A stretch of 52,106 nt of DNA, the filler included, from Bipalium vagum (taxonomy: Eukaryota), in the NCBI GenBank assembly GCA_037834085.1. It is 3 parts of 3 records of this genome, joined end to end, with 100 filler letters (N's around TTAATTAATTAA, not from the genome) between each part and the next. Parts side by side here need not be neighbours in the genome. Positions count along the whole stretch, not along the records: positions 32,810 to 52,106 come from JBBMKC010005149.1; 2 more parts are not named here. The stretch is one strand, 5' to 3'. Positions 38,817-52,106 of this stretch are shown piece after piece (position 1 is the first letter of the stretch; each line of letters opens with the position of its first letter). Below the pieces are notes generated by a model. That model did not search any database and was not told the origin of the DNA. It saw only the letters and a list, made by a program, of their open reading frames with translations. The position numbers were made by a program, and so were the translations under genes.

Positions 38817-39966
38817 TTAGGTGACCTAAGAAGTTTCCATTGATTTCATCATTGACTATTTCAATTTGAATTACAGACATTATATAAGTTTGAAATTCAA
38901 TTTTAATTAATCTATTAAAAATCAATTGCGTAGAATAAATTAAAAAATTATATTAATGTCATTTTTTTATCAGAATTAAGAGATTTTATAAAAAGAAACC
39001 CGGGCGTTTTAAAATTTTCTAAAAATGAAAAATGCTAATCTTGCCGTTAAAAAAACGCGCGATTTATTGATGTCTTACCATATTAGAAAGAATATTAGGG
39101 AGTAGTTCTCACGATTTTGCATAGGCAATTTTGAATCAAAAGATGCGTAAAGTCAACAAAATCAACATTATGAAATTGCTAAAGATCTAGGTAAATTATC
39201 AACAAATAATTTTAAAACATCTGGATAAGCTTGATTACAAGAAAAGGCGTGATAGTTGGTTGCCTCAATTTATCTGAAAAGAATTTAATCAGCAGAAATT
39301 TCTTTTTGTGAATCTTTATTAATAAGAAATGAACTTTAATCATTTCTTTTAAAAAAGTGGATCATGTATGATATTTATGTGAGAAAAAATTCGTGGTCCA
39401 CAAACGATTGCAAAGCCAAGATTTTTCAAAAAAAGTTTTATTGACTGTTTTCTGAGTTTTTATAGGAATGGATTATTATTAGCAGCTAGAATCTGATCAA
39501 GAAATTCATTCTATATTCTGTTGTGTAACCTAAAAGATTAAAATAAGCGAGGTAAAAAAGCCGATCTGAATTACTGAACAGAAAGAATGTTGTGTTTCAT
39601 CACGATAACAGCCAACCGCATGCATCTATAGTGACTTGACAAAAAGAGCTTGGGAGTGGAGTTCAGATGCATTCAGTGTATAATCCATACGTATCACCGT
39701 CTTACTATCATTTATTTCTGTCTTCTAAATGTTCTTTATGGAGTTCCAATTGTGTCAATAGAAGACTATGAAAAGTATACCATACAGTTTTTCCATCAGA
39801 GATCATCCGAAATTCTACAGTGATAGAATTACAAATTTACCAGATAAATAATGAAAGATTAACAAAAAAATTGGAATTTATTTGATTCAATACATTTTAG
39901 TTTTTAGATGAAAAAGGGTTTCTTGTTTTATAATTAAAAACGGCATAAAATTTTTAGGTCTTCTAA
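38817..39966 (+). mobile_element. Decayed mariner
   Basis: Imperfect TIRs TTAGGTGACCTAAGAAGTTT / AAAATTTTTAGGTCTTCTAA; LLNRKNVVFHHDNSQPH; YNPYVSPSYYHLF. Confidence 0.85.
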
Positions 39967-40963
39967 AATTTATTTCACTCAAATAACTTTAAGATATATT
40001 AAGACATGAATGTGTACAATTACAATACAGCCTACTCTCTAATATTTGTAAAAATCGGGGACCTCCAAAAAAATTAGAAGGAAATAAATTTATTTTTAAA
40101 AATATTAAGCAATCATAACTACACAATTATACAAATAGATATAGCTAGAAAAACAGATCAATAATTTAAATAGAGCACTATTTAGGCTTTCAATGTTAAA
40201 CAAGTTATTTGAATTATTTAAAATTTTAATGTACATAAGCAAAAAACTTGAAAAACTTTCTGAACAATCTAATATTTTGCTGATTTTATCTGACAGAAGT
40301 TGGTGATAATATTTTTGGTAAAAATTATAGTTGGACCTGAAAGGCTAAAATCAAATGTTATTTTGAATAAATATTGGTATTCTTTTTTTCCCATTATTTT
40401 ATCTGAACAACACAGCAAACGGGAATACTGTATTTTACATGTTAAAATAATGTCAATATAAAACTGAGGTTCTCCGTAGTCAGTGATTTGAGAAATTTAC
40501 TAACTGATGTTATTTTAATTTTTTTCCTTTTTATTTTTAAAACCGAAGCACTGGTGGATATTAATTTCGAAGCCTGTCGATTTATTTGTGGTGTTGTTTG
40601 CGAACAGTAAATGATGTATCCACATTGTGTCAAATGAATCGTCCATAATTAATTAAACCACAAACGAAAATTTAATACATCCATCCGATTCAAATCACTG
40701 ATTGGATCAATGATTGAGAGATATTAATTGAAATATCAATGTTCAAATGATTTTATTATTATTATTACTAATTTCATTTTTATTATTATTATTATCATTA
40801 CTAAAACCGCCAAATCCTTGGTTTAGGGATTTTCATCGATCCACAATTTAAGATTATTTACTTTGAGATTTATTTTTTGGAAAATTTTTTTGATCAAATG
40901 ATTTGACTGATTTATCATTCTGAATATATACACATGAACAGTCGCAGAGTTTTTCTCAGAATT

Positions 40964-41069
40964 ATGAAAAATATATTTTTACATAATTGCATTTTGATGA
41001 AAATTTTATGTACTTCATTGATTTCCTTTCCGATTACAGAAACTTTACAAGAATATCCGGATATAAAAT
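40964..41069 (+). CDS. EGFR: EGFR exon 1 (signal peptide)
   Basis: MKNIFLHNCILMKILCTSLISFPITETLQEYPDIK; donor GTTAGT, phase 1. Confidence 0.7.
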
Positions 41070-44000
41070 GTTAGTTTTCTTTCATATTGATTATTGGATT
41101 TTAATTGGATTATTTCCTCTTCTCAAAAAGACTGTTTAAGTAGTATGGATTTATTGGATGGAAGTCAGACCTCAAATTATTACATTCTCAAACGTGACCT
41201 TGGAAAATTTTGTTCCCATGTTCATGGTAACATCGTAATAAATAATATTATCAATTCCGGTGAGTTATTATAGTTATAATTAATTTCTTAAATTTTTTAT
41301 AAATTGATTTTGTATAAAATGATTTTATTGATTTTTACAAAAAAATTAAAAAGTGCGAAATGAAAATCCATAAATTTTGAATTTATTCTTTATTTTTCTG
41401 AATTTTTCTTAATTTTAAATTCTCGTTCCAACTTTTCTTCTCATATTTAAATTGTTTTTAAAACTACCTAAAATTGATTTAATGTCCTCAATGAAATGGA
41501 GACCTGAAGGTACTTAAAAATATGTTGCGTCCATCTAGGTTTTATAAAACGAACTTTAACCTATTTTATTTCGTTGAATATGATTGATTTTTTAAAGTTT
41601 TTTAAAGGAGTATCTTTTAGTATTATTATCTATTATTAATAATAATAATTGTTAAGGTTGGTTAAAAATATATTACTATTAGAACATCATTATTTTCTTA
41701 ACCTATTAAATAATAATCAATAAAGGTATTTCAAAATCTGTTATGCATGGAACTATTTAATTTCAAATGATTTTAATGATTGTTTTAAACATTAAATAAT
41801 AAAAATATCTTTAATAAGTATTCGAAATATATGATTTATTTATTAAAATGAAAGAGATAACTTTAAATAAAATAGACAAATCCTTTTTTTGTATTTTCCA
41901 TCTCTTTCATTCTCCAATTCGTTGTTCTTTTTTATATATATTTTCTGTTTTTCTTTCTTACGTTACACGTGGGTTTCTCATAAGTTTTCCAATTGATTTT
42001 AACTATTTCAATTCCGTTTTAATCTTGATTCGAAATGAAATCATTCAAACCAGGTCATTTATCAACTCTGGGTCCCGTTTTTCCAATAAATGTCTTCATT
42101 CTCACTCTATAAGTAGCGAAAACATCGATAATTTTCCTTACACTCACTGTTGACCTCGATTGAGATTAAAACAACTGACTATACATAAATAGCGTGTCGT
42201 TATTTTCCGACTAACCGCTACAAATTATTGTTTTCTTTACGATGGTTTTCCAGGCGTTTCCTAACGTTTTTGGTGTTTTTATCGAGAGATGTAATTCAAA
42301 TTTGATTCTGACACATCGTTGATTTCAATTATTCGGGTTTTACAACGACTAATAAAATTTTATCAACTCTAAACAAAAATATTATCTTTACTAAATTAAG
42401 TAGGCGGAAAAGAAATGATGTCCGATTTCAAGACTCGTTTTTTTAATAGATTTATAGATTTTTTTTAATTGTACCAAGATTGATTTCTTCATAAATAAAA
42501 AAATATAATATTGTTAAAAATAACACTCCCTGAAAATTGGTTTGGTGTGTCTCCAAATTATTAGTCCGTTTAACTTATACTACATTTGAAAATATACATA
42601 AGATCATTGGTTGGTTTAAATGAACTTAATTTTGATTTGTCGTTTCTATCGGCAAAATTTTTCCCTTTTTATATGTTTCTCTTTTCACTAGAACTTTGAT
42701 TGTTTATTGGAATTACTGATCAATATTGGCTTATATAGTTTTCTCTCTACATTGCTCTAAGGATTGTCAATTGTTATCTTCAATTCATTTAATTTTTCAT
42801 TTTTTATCGCTTAAGTGGGCCGATAATGAAATAAGAAAAATTTTAAGAAGCACCTTTTGTAAGAGGACAAAAATATTTTTATTTCAATGAAAACAGAAAA
42901 ATACAAATTAAAGTGACCAATGAGAAATTAGTTAAATTAAATCAATAAATAATTAATCATTTATATTTTAAACTTTCTTTACAATTTAAAACATTGATTT
43001 ATAAAAATTTTTAATGATTGAACAAATCAATTGTGAAATTAAATAAAAATTGTTCAAATATCATTCATGTATATTAATTTCTATTGTCACAATATTAATT
43101 TTTATTATTTTTTTAGTATTATTTATTACTGTTGATAATTATTATCGTTTATTAACACCACTAGGTTAATAACAGTCCATAAGTTTTTTTAATTATTAAT
43201 TTTTTCTGTTATCACAAATGGAAATATTCAAATAATTTTTAACTATCAACTAATGTGAAGTCCATATCATCAGACATTGGTTATTTAACATTCATTTTTA
43301 TATTATATTTATTAAATTTAATACTACTATATTAATATAAAATCTGAAATGGTTACCTTATCAAAATACATATATAAAGGATTTAAAATAGTATGTACAT
43401 ATGTATANNNNNNNNNNNNNNNNNNNNNNNNNNNNNNNNNNNNNNNNNNNNNNNNNNNNNNNNNNNNNNNNNNNNNNNNNNNNNNNNNNNNNNNNNNNNN
43501 NNNNNNNNNNNNNNNNNNNNNNNNNNNNNNNNNNNNNGATTTTACTTTATTAATAATTATTTTTAATTTTTCATTGAAAACTGTTTAAACATATCATTAC
43601 AGTTAAACTATCTGTTGTAATATGTAAACATCTATCCAACCCGTACGACGATAAATATTTAAATAATTTTTAAAATTTCTGAATAAAACAACCATAAATA
43701 TCTTTCAACATACATTAGTGAATGGTTCCGAACCAGATTTGGAGTTCCTATCTTCAATAAAAGAGATTACAGGGTCTTTAAAGATTCGTAATTCAAATGT
43801 TTCCATCATTCCATTGCGCAATCTGAGAGTTATTCGAGGAAACTCAAAGAGTCATAGTCGTGACTGGATGGAAGGTTTTCACAATTCTCTAGAGATTAGT
43901 TGGGATAATCACTGGACTTCAAATTCAACAATGAAATCCATCATCGATTTGCGATCATTACGCAGTGCGCGTTTTATTAATTTTTTATTTTAATATTTAT

Positions 44001-44312
44001 CAAGTTCAATAATTAATAATTATTTTGCTGATAAAATCATGAAAATATTGACTAATTAAAATATATTTATTATAATTTTTATATCAGGAATATTATTTGA
44101 TGTTTAATTAATGGAAATTATAAATTAAGAATCATTTTAAAACTTATCGTTTTATTTATCAGGCAATTTTTTTATTTTAATAATGTGTATTATTTTAATT
44201 AATTTAATTATAATTATTATTTTTTGATATTTATTTAATAATTATTATTTAATTTTTTATTCATATTTAATAACTAAAATTTAATAATAGTTATAATTTT
44301 TCATTTTATCAT

Positions 44313-44390
<78 letters not shown>

Positions 44391-47300
44391 CGCTGAAACA
44401 TATTTTTTCAGTTCTTTAAGACAATTTTCATTCCAACCACAAAATTTATCTCATTTTCAGGTATTGTCAATGGAAATATAAAAATCTCACCCGTTTTTTG
44501 CAAAAGTCTGGCTCATATCGATTGGGATGAGTTACTTGAGGACCCAAACAACCAAAAAGTAGAAGGAACATGTAAGTAGTGATTTTTCATGTTTGTGTGA
44601 TATTTTCATTAGTATCATTTGTTCGAAGTGAGATACTTGAAAATTAATTAATAAAAAAAATATCAATCACTAAAAAATCAATAGAATTTTTAATATATCA
44701 ATATAAAATTATACAAATATAATAAAATATTCTTTGACCTTATTGTGGACTGTTCAATGTTATAAAAAATTCAACCATAAGTTATTCCTTATCTAACTTT
44801 AGGGCTAATATCTTATGTACCAGCTTCTCTGACTTATTAAAAAATTCTTCAAAATCTTCTGTTGTCTATAATTAACTATTTCTTTAATAATAGCTAATGG
44901 CTTGTTTCGATATCCAAAGGCTAAATGAAAATCCAAGGCTTTGTCTATTTGACTTCTCTAGGACTCTATCGGGTCTGGATGAATCACCTTCTCAACAAAA
45001 AGTTTTCTGACCCTCTTAAGTTGAGCCATATCGAATTACCAGTTTCAGGATTTAATGAATGCTATTAAAAGTTATATTTACTCTGAAAAAATCCCGGTTT
45101 GACACTCTCCAATATCGGCATCTCTATGGTCGCCAATGATAGTTTGAATTGAATTTTCTTCAAAATTATTCATCAAATGATTAAATCAAAAGTTCTTGTT
45201 GAAAATCTGTATTTCTATGAGAACTAAATAATTAAAATAAATGTTTCCAATTTCATTTTCTTATGATTATTTTGCTTTTTCTAAAAGAAGTACTTTTGTA
45301 TGGCACACTCTTCCTCAGAAACGCTTAATGATCTCATCTCAAATGACTTAATAGATCTAACAAACCTTTATGACCCTTATCGCTTATTTTATGTGATATT
45401 GAAATAAAAGCCGAGAAACCATTTTTAATGAATCGACCTTTTTTCCAATTCATTTTTGTATAACGTAGTTATTTTCACACTAAAATTAATTTCCAAAATT
45501 CATGAATAAAATCACTAACCACTTTAAGGCGCTTCCAGTGACTTTCAGTGTTCACGTCATTGTCCGACAAAAAACTTCTCAAGGTTTTGCTGGGGACCTT
45601 CTCCATCACAATGCCAAATCTGTATGATTTTTTGTTATCCTATAAGTACCACCGTATCACGTAATCTTTTCAATAGTTACAAAATGTCAGAAACGAATGT
45701 GCGCCAATCGCTGTTTCTTGTCAAAAACCAATGAAGAAGAGTGCTGTAACTCCCAGTGTCTGGGAGGCTGTACGTCGAGTACGGCCGACTCGTGCATAGT
45801 GAGTCGTGTTTTGTGCCCATTAGATTCCCATTAATTTCCTTTATGTCCAGGCCTGTCAGGCCGTTCTCAACGGTACATTTTGTCAATCCGAGTGTTCCTC
45901 CAAATTCATTTTCAACCGAGACAAAGGTATTCCTGTGCCAAACAAATATTTTCGACCTCTTTTCATAAATGTTTGCTTGAGTAAATGTCCAGGTGGGCGA
46001 AGTTTTCTTTTTATCTCGTGTTTAGTGTCTCATTTTATTTTAGATGGTTTACTCGAACAGGCAGGAGAGTGTAAGCGGCAATGCACGTTTAAAAATTACA
46101 TTCGAAAAGGGAATCAATGTGTGGAGTGCAAACAATTCTGTGAAAGAAGTAATTCGTTTTGATGTTTTCATTATTATCTTCGTTTATTTATTATTATTTA
46201 TATTATGTATATTCATTTTCTCCTTATTATGTTTTTATTATTGATTTTTATTATTTATTATTTTTGTGTAGTAATATATTTATATTTATTGTCATTTATT
46301 TATCAATTTTTTTTTCCTATTATTATTATTATCGTTTATGTTTACGTGATTTTTTAACATCATATTTAAGAAATCTTACTATCCATATTTATATTACCTT
46401 CATTTTTTATTAATTTATTTAACAAATAACCTTTTATAAATTGTATAAAACTCACAGTTTGTAACATGGATGACATTTATTCGGATAAGGAAAATATGAT
46501 ATCCATCTTTTCTCTGGATGCAGTGAAAATAAGGAAGCTTGAAAACTGTACCACTTTCAAAGGATCGATTCAGATAGATGAAGAATCATTCGTCTCGTGA
46601 GTTTTTTGTTCAATTCCAAGTTATAGCTTATTTTATTCTTATTTCTATTAAAAGTTATAGTATAATAATAATTAATATTTAAAAATCTTGTTATTAAAAT
46701 ATTAATGCACATAAAATAACAAAAATATTTATTGTAACAAAAATAATGTTTTAATAATACTATTATTATTTTATGAATATTATTATGTGTTTACATTAAA
46801 TTTAGATTTATTTCATAGATAAAATTAAGAGAACTTTTATTATTAGATTTTTAAGATATTATTATTATTATTATTATTATTGATATATTATTTTAGCGAC
46901 TATTATTTTGTTTATTAATATTAAATGTTTAATGAAAAATTATTGTGTAAAAGAACATTGGGGAACTTCGTTATATGATTATTGGTGTTTTGATAATCGA
47001 TATGGTGTCACTTTTAATAAATGAAAAAATCATTACATAGTCGTTCGATTGAGAATGTCCCAATCACCGATGCTAAGCACTTTTGGTACCTGAACAAACT
47101 TCGACATGTCTCCGGCAGCGTTTATATCGATTTGAAATCCATAAAATTCAAATTGGACAACATGTCTTTTTTGAGCAATTTGGAAACCATTGAAGGTGGC
47201 CATACCCAAAGCATCCCAGTCACATTTGGAATCTACAACACAAATATCAGCTTTTTGGGATTGACCAACTTGAAATCGATAGGCTTGAAAGGCCACAAAA

Positions 47301-50300
47301 GTGCTATAATCGAGCTGAACAACAATACCAACTTGTGCTATTTCGATGTCAACAAATTCAGGAAAGTAATCAACTTTGAGAATATTCAGGTGACCAACAT
47401 TGGCAATTCATCGTATTGTGGTGAGAGATTTGTTTCCCTTCTCTTGTGTCTTTTGGAATTATAAATTTATTTATTTATTATTTTCTAGAATAATATCTTT
47501 TTATTAATATTATCGTTTTCATTTTATCGAAATAAGTTCTGATATTTTTTTATTTCAATCATTCATACTATTAATTTTAATTTTTAATTTACTATTTTTA
47601 TTTTAATAATTCTTTTTTTTATTATAATTTTATTATTTTTTAATATTATTTTTATTTGTATTTTTTTTAAGATTATAAATAATAATACATGAGTTATTCT
47701 AATAATAATTATTGTTTTTATTAAATTTATAATAATATATTAATAATTTTCGAATTACTTATCATTTTCAGGTTCATATCTTTAATCATTTATTATTTTT
47801 ATCATTGTTGTTATTTTTATTATATTAATATTTACATATTTACCTAATTGAATTATTTCTTAATTTAAATGAACGTTTATCAAACAATTAATACCTAATG
47901 ATTTAAAAATACAATTTTTAATGGTGATGTTTATCTTGTGATTCTCATGATCTATTTTTTATTGAAATCAATAATCCAGCATTACATCATACTAAAAGCT
48001 GTAATGATTTTAAACGTTTAACGATGAGCTTAGCAACAGCCAAGCTGTTCTGATATCGATCAATAAGACATGAAACTAATTTCACCATTTCTTTATTTTG
48101 ATCAGTATAATAATTATTATATTAATAATAGTAATAGTTATAAAACAGAGTCAATATGATTGATTATTATGTGTATCGTTTACTATTCATTGATTCTTAA
48201 GACTAAAGGTATATAAAGGTAAAAAAATATTTTATTTCAAAATGTCAAATGAAAAATAAAATTCAAATGAAAATAAATCTTTTTAAAAAAATTATCAAAA
48301 ATATTTAATGGTTATTTTTTTACTTTTAACGATAATCCTAATAATAATCATGGAACTGTAAAAGTCAGTAAATGTTTCCTATAATTAAAATTGTTAAAGC
48401 CCTCATTCCAAAAATTAATCAAATGCCTTCGACTGAGTCCTCATTAAATGGAGGTATTTCAAAAATGAACTTTTAAGTATGGTAAATCTTCCAGTTTCGA
48501 ATTCTGTCAATTATATCATGAGTCGTCACGTCTCATGAAAACTATTATCATTGTTATTATTATTGTAAAATCCACTTGATTAATTGTCTCTCTAAAATAC
48601 AGAAAAGTATAATTTACAAATCAATTTAACCACGAAAACTTAAGCTCGTGACGCTTAAAATTCAAGTATAAGTTTGAATAATAATTATTAAGAGATTTCT
48701 AATTATACTAAGTTTTAAAGAGCATTTTGCATCACATTTTTTTAATAAGCTAATGATTAAAATAAAATTATTATTATTATAATAATAAAATAACAAAAAA
48801 TTAATAATAATAACAATAAGGAAAATAATAGTATTAATAATAAAAAATTATAATTATCATTATTATGATAATAAAATAATAATAAGAAAATAAATATTCC
48901 AAAAAAAAATACTTTTTAATAATATTCATTTTCTTTTTGTTTTAATCATAATGAAATAATAAAAACAAAATAATAATATACTTGAATAGTAAGATGGTGC
49001 AAAAGTAATGCAATCAGCTTTACTTTATATGGTCAGCACTTTATCTTTTGGAAAACCATTATTTTTAATAAAATTATGTAATACTGGTCTTTATTGATCT
49101 CAATATTTATATTGATAATTATATCTATTAATCTTCATATAAATTTGATTTTAGATGTCGAAAATTCAAAATTCGTGCATTTCTTCTATATGATTTTAAG
49201 CTTGACAAAACACCAAAGGTTTTTCATGCAGATGTTTGCAAAGCTTACGGTCATGATGTCATAATCTTTTGAAATTAATCGAAGATTCAACATTTAACGG
49301 GACGAAAGTTATTAGAAATATTCAAACATGACCATGTCACAATTACCAGACATTTGGATTTTCTTGGAATAAGTAATCTTTGTGGTAGATGGATTCCACA
49401 CTCCCTGACGTCTGCAAATAAAACTGTTAGGTAATTATGAGCTCAATTCTACACAAAATTTCGAAAAATTCCGATAAATTAGTCTGCTGTAACAGTCTCA
49501 AAGATTATGCTCAATTTGGGGTGGAATTCTCGAGGATTGGTTCATTTTAAATTGCTCAAACAAGGCAAAAGAATGAATGCAATTGTTAACAATTGAAAAA
49601 ACTTAACCGAGCTCTACAAAACAATGGGATCGATCCAACTTCCAAATGATTTCTTAATGGTAATGCGATACCTCATGTCGCGAAAATCGTCCATGAAAAA
49701 GTTGAGGATTTAAGTTGGGAACTGCTTCTTCATTCGTCTTTCAGTCCTTACCTGGCCCCATCCGATTATTATTTATTTTGTTCGATGAAAGAACTTGTCT
49801 TGGAGAAAAAGTTTAAAATCAAGTTGAGGTAGAAAAATGGATGGTCGACTATATTGTATCTAAGAAATCTGATTTCTTTGACAAGGAAACCCGTGAGCTT
49901 CGTAGAAGATGGCAAACTGTCATAAATGCTGGTGGAGACTATACATTGGAATAAACAGTTATATTTGTTATTTTATTAATAAATTTTGTTGACTCCATAT
50001 CTTTTGCATCAACCTAATAACAATAATAATAAAGAGAATAACATTGAAAATAAAATAATAATATTGATAATACAATAAAATTTAAATAAATATTATTATT
50101 TATTATATATAAAAATAATAACAAAACATAAACATAGATCTGAAAATAATAAGCAAAGAACCAGGCTAGAAATCATAAAAAATAAGGAATCTAAATAAGC
50201 TTAAAACAAGACGAAGGAAATTAGGAGCATATGATCATGTGGTTTTAGGGTGGTTCCGGATCGATTTTACTGCCAAACCTTGTTCATTATAACTATTGAT

Positions 50301-51615
50301 AATCGATAAATAAAATCTTTCCAGTTTAATTGATTTTTAATGTCTGTTTCAATCTCAGAAAGTAACAACGAATTTATTTTTGATGAGTATTACAATGAAT
50401 AGATTTATTGATTTTCTCATTTTGTCGATCGATCTCACATTGGTCTCTCAGCAGGGTACTTGAATATTTTGTTCAATACCTTTACTTCATGACAACATTA
50501 TCAGTATCAACTAAGCTTGACAAACTCGTTTTGCTGATCTGTTTCTGTTTGTCTTGGTGCGCTTATGCGAGCTGTGATGCATAATGTTTGTTCTACGTTA
50601 GGTCGTACAGCCAATAATGCTACACTGTTGTTGATAATGGTTTTCTCAATGAGTATCATCAATCACAAACAACTGGACACCATCTAGCGATAACCATCTC
50701 CATCACCGCTACCACGATAACCAGTACCACAACAACTCAGCCAAGTTTCTGTCATTGCCTTCAACATAGTGTCAATAATAATATTATTATTATTATTTAC
50801 AATAAGAGATATCTCTGTAAATCTTAATCACTTGATGACAATGACCAACTGACCACCAATCGAGCCTGTACTCATCTCAGAAACTGTACTATTTCTACTT
50901 TAATTACATTCACGTTTTTTCATGTTTTCTCTGCTCACATGGCGTTTGGCATTTCATACAATCAATTATTTTAATTGGCATTGAATATTTATGGTTTCGT
51001 AAAAATATTATGGACTTGTTATTTTATTTTTAGTATAATATTGATTTTCTTTTATCATATTTTGTTTTAATTAATATTAATTAAAATTAACAGGAATAAG
51101 AATATTATTATTATTTCAATAATAATAAAAGTTTAAATAATTGCTCAAAAAATAAATAAATTTTCAAATTTATTATGGAAAATAATGTTAATTTAAAAGA
51201 GGAGCTCTATAAAATAATATGATCATTACATATATATTATATTTTATTATATAAATATAATAATAATAATAAATGAAATTTCTTCATCTAGAAATTTTAA
51301 AAATCAAAATAAAAAAATATTTTAAAAAAATAAACGATTAACATCATGTATATTTATATAGGGAAATTGGGTAAAGTTTGTCATAGTGAATGCGAACCTT
51401 CATTGGGATGTTGGGGCCCTGGTCCCAGTCAGTGTGTAGCGTGTATTAATGTAAAGCTGGGTAATAAATGTGCTCAAAATTGTGTTGTTGAACCTGGTTA
51501 TTTACCTAATCCTGATGGGGTAAGCAAAGAATGTCTGAAATGCCACAAAGAATGTTCTCAAACCTGCTCAGGTGTAAGAGCGGATCAATGTATGGGTGGT
51601 TGTAAAAATGCAATG
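40964..51615 (+). CDS. EGFR: EGFR/ErbB-family receptor tyrosine kinase, 5' part (11 exons: signal peptide, L1, furin-like, L2, start of domain IV); continues beyond the window
   Basis: Exons 40964-41069, 41131-41259, 43719-43964, 44461-44571, 45529-45621, 45677-45798, 45851-45992, 46044-46148, 46458-46596, 47041-47420, 51362-51615; all GT-AG, phases match; a second Cys-rich domain after L2 indicates EGFR rather than insulin receptor; paralog not assignable. Confidence 0.92.
41131..41259 (+). CDS. EGFR: EGFR exon 2 (start of L1)
   Basis: YCLSS..NYYILKRDLGKFCSHVHGNIVI; donor GTGAGT. Confidence 0.82.
43719..43964 (+). CDS. EGFR: EGFR exon 3 (L1)
   Basis: DLEFLSSIKEITGSLKI..IPLRNLRVIRG..IDLRSLR. 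Confidence 0.92.
44314..44388. repeat. (AAT)n microsatellite in EGFR intron 3
   Basis: Perfect trinucleotide run. Confidence 0.97.
44461..44571 (+). CDS. EGFR: EGFR exon 4 (end of L1)
   Basis: SIVNGNIKISPVFCKSLAHIDWDELL; ttttcag acceptor, GTAAGT donor. Confidence 0.9.
45529..45621 (+). CDS. EGFR: EGFR exon 5 (furin-like)
   Basis: CSRHCPTKNFSRFCWGPSPSQCQ. Confidence 0.9.
45677..45798 (+). CDS. EGFR: EGFR exon 6 (furin-like)
   Basis: CANRCF..ECCNSQCLGGCTSSTADSCI. Confidence 0.92.
45851..45992 (+). CDS. EGFR: EGFR exon 7 (dimerization-arm region)
   Basis: ACQAVLNGTFCQSECSSKFIFNRDKGIPVPNKYFRPLFINVCLSKCP. Confidence 0.9.
46044..46148 (+). CDS. EGFR: EGFR exon 8
   Basis: DGLLEQAGECKRQC..NQCVECKQFCER. 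Confidence 0.88.
46458..46596 (+). CDS. EGFR: EGFR exon 9 (start of L2)
   Basis: SLDAVKIRKLENCTTFKGSIQI. Confidence 0.88.
47041..47420 (+). CDS. EGFR: EGFR exon 10 (L2)
   Basis: LRHVSGSVYI..MSFLSNLETIEG..ISFLGLTNLKSI..NNTNLCY. Confidence 0.93.
48989..50017 (+). mobile_element. Decayed mariner in EGFR intron 10
   Basis: Imperfect TIRs GTAAGATGGTGCAAAAG / CTTTTGCATCAACCTAA with TA flanks; CGRWIPHSLT (WVPHEL), WWNSRG, FSPYLAPSDYYLF, RRWQTVINAGGDY. Confidence 0.9.
51362..51615 (+). CDS. EGFR: EGFR exon 11 (domain IV)
   Basis: VCHSECEPSLGCWGPGPSQCVAC..CLKCHKECSQTCSG. Confidence 0.93.
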
Positions 51616-51638
51616 GTTAGTAATATTGAATTTTTAAA

Positions 51639-51678
<40 letters not shown>

Positions 51679-52035
51679 TTAATATATTTTGAAGTTTATT
51701 ATATTTTATTTACAATTATTTCACATCTTTTATTTTTTATCTCTTTTTTCATATTATATATTTATGAGTAGACTAATTAAACCTGAGGAATATTTTAATT
51801 ATTGTAATTATTTTAAAAAATGTGTATGAAATTTTAACAAACATATTTTTAATTATCAATAAATAATTTTCAGGTCTTAGAAAATTTATTTAAATATTAG
51901 TTGTTTTATCATCCATTAAATTTATTTGAAAAATGTCTTCACATTTTGATAGTAAGCCAATTGATATTAACAATAATTAATATAAAACTTTTTTTTAATA
52001 TATTTTAATGTTTTGTCATTTTATAAAATGAATAT

Positions 52036-52106
<71 letters not shown>
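52036..52106. repeat. (AAT)n microsatellite
   Basis: Perfect run to the window end. Confidence 0.97.

Noticed and set aside
44760-45400. Possible LINE relic in EGFR intron 4 (minus strand KPLAII, KLVHKILALKL)
   Set aside because: Motifs too short and degraded to support a call
46159-46413. Hydrophobic I/F/Y-rich ORFs here, at 38479-38691 and in the tail of 51346-51771
   Set aside because: Artefacts of T-rich or ATT-repeat intronic sequence
50400-50800. GC-richer intronic island (minus-strand TETWL; plus-strand Thr-rich frame)
   Set aside because: Single short motif, no consistent ORF or splice model; EGFR phases join without it
40964-51615. Insulin/IGF receptor
   Set aside because: L2 is followed by a Cys-rich domain IV rather than FnIII repeats
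1-52106. CRISPR arrays, rRNA, tRNA, prokaryotic operons
   Set aside because: None seen; the sequence is eukaryotic with spliceosomal introns

Overview
Very AT-rich eukaryotic (bilaterian) genomic DNA. Composition, (AAT)n tracts and 51-61 nt introns suggest a planarian or similar flatworm, but this is inference. Two identical 44N-TTAATTAATTAA-44N spacers (15788-15887, 32710-32809) split the window into three segments that may not be physically linked. The main discovery candidate is a decayed Ty3/Gypsy-type retroelement (~8060-15110, + strand) whose polyprotein, read through stops and frameshifts, has an unusual order: Gag with 4 zinc knuckles, a candidate ubiquitin-like domain, retropepsin 1, six IkB/Cactus-like ankyrin repeats, retropepsin 2, RT (catalytic core deleted), RNase H, integrase, and an in-frame signal-peptide/ectodomain/transmembrane module. 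The third segment holds the first 11 coding exons of an EGFR-family receptor (40964-51615, + strand, continuing past the window); all splice phases join consistently by manual translation. The rest is transposon relics (many Tc1/mariner including a DD41D-type and a DD35E-spaced copy, hAT, Penelope GIY-YIG, LINE RT), microsatellites and some unassigned exon-like islands. Domain calls come from motif recognition by eye, not from searches.
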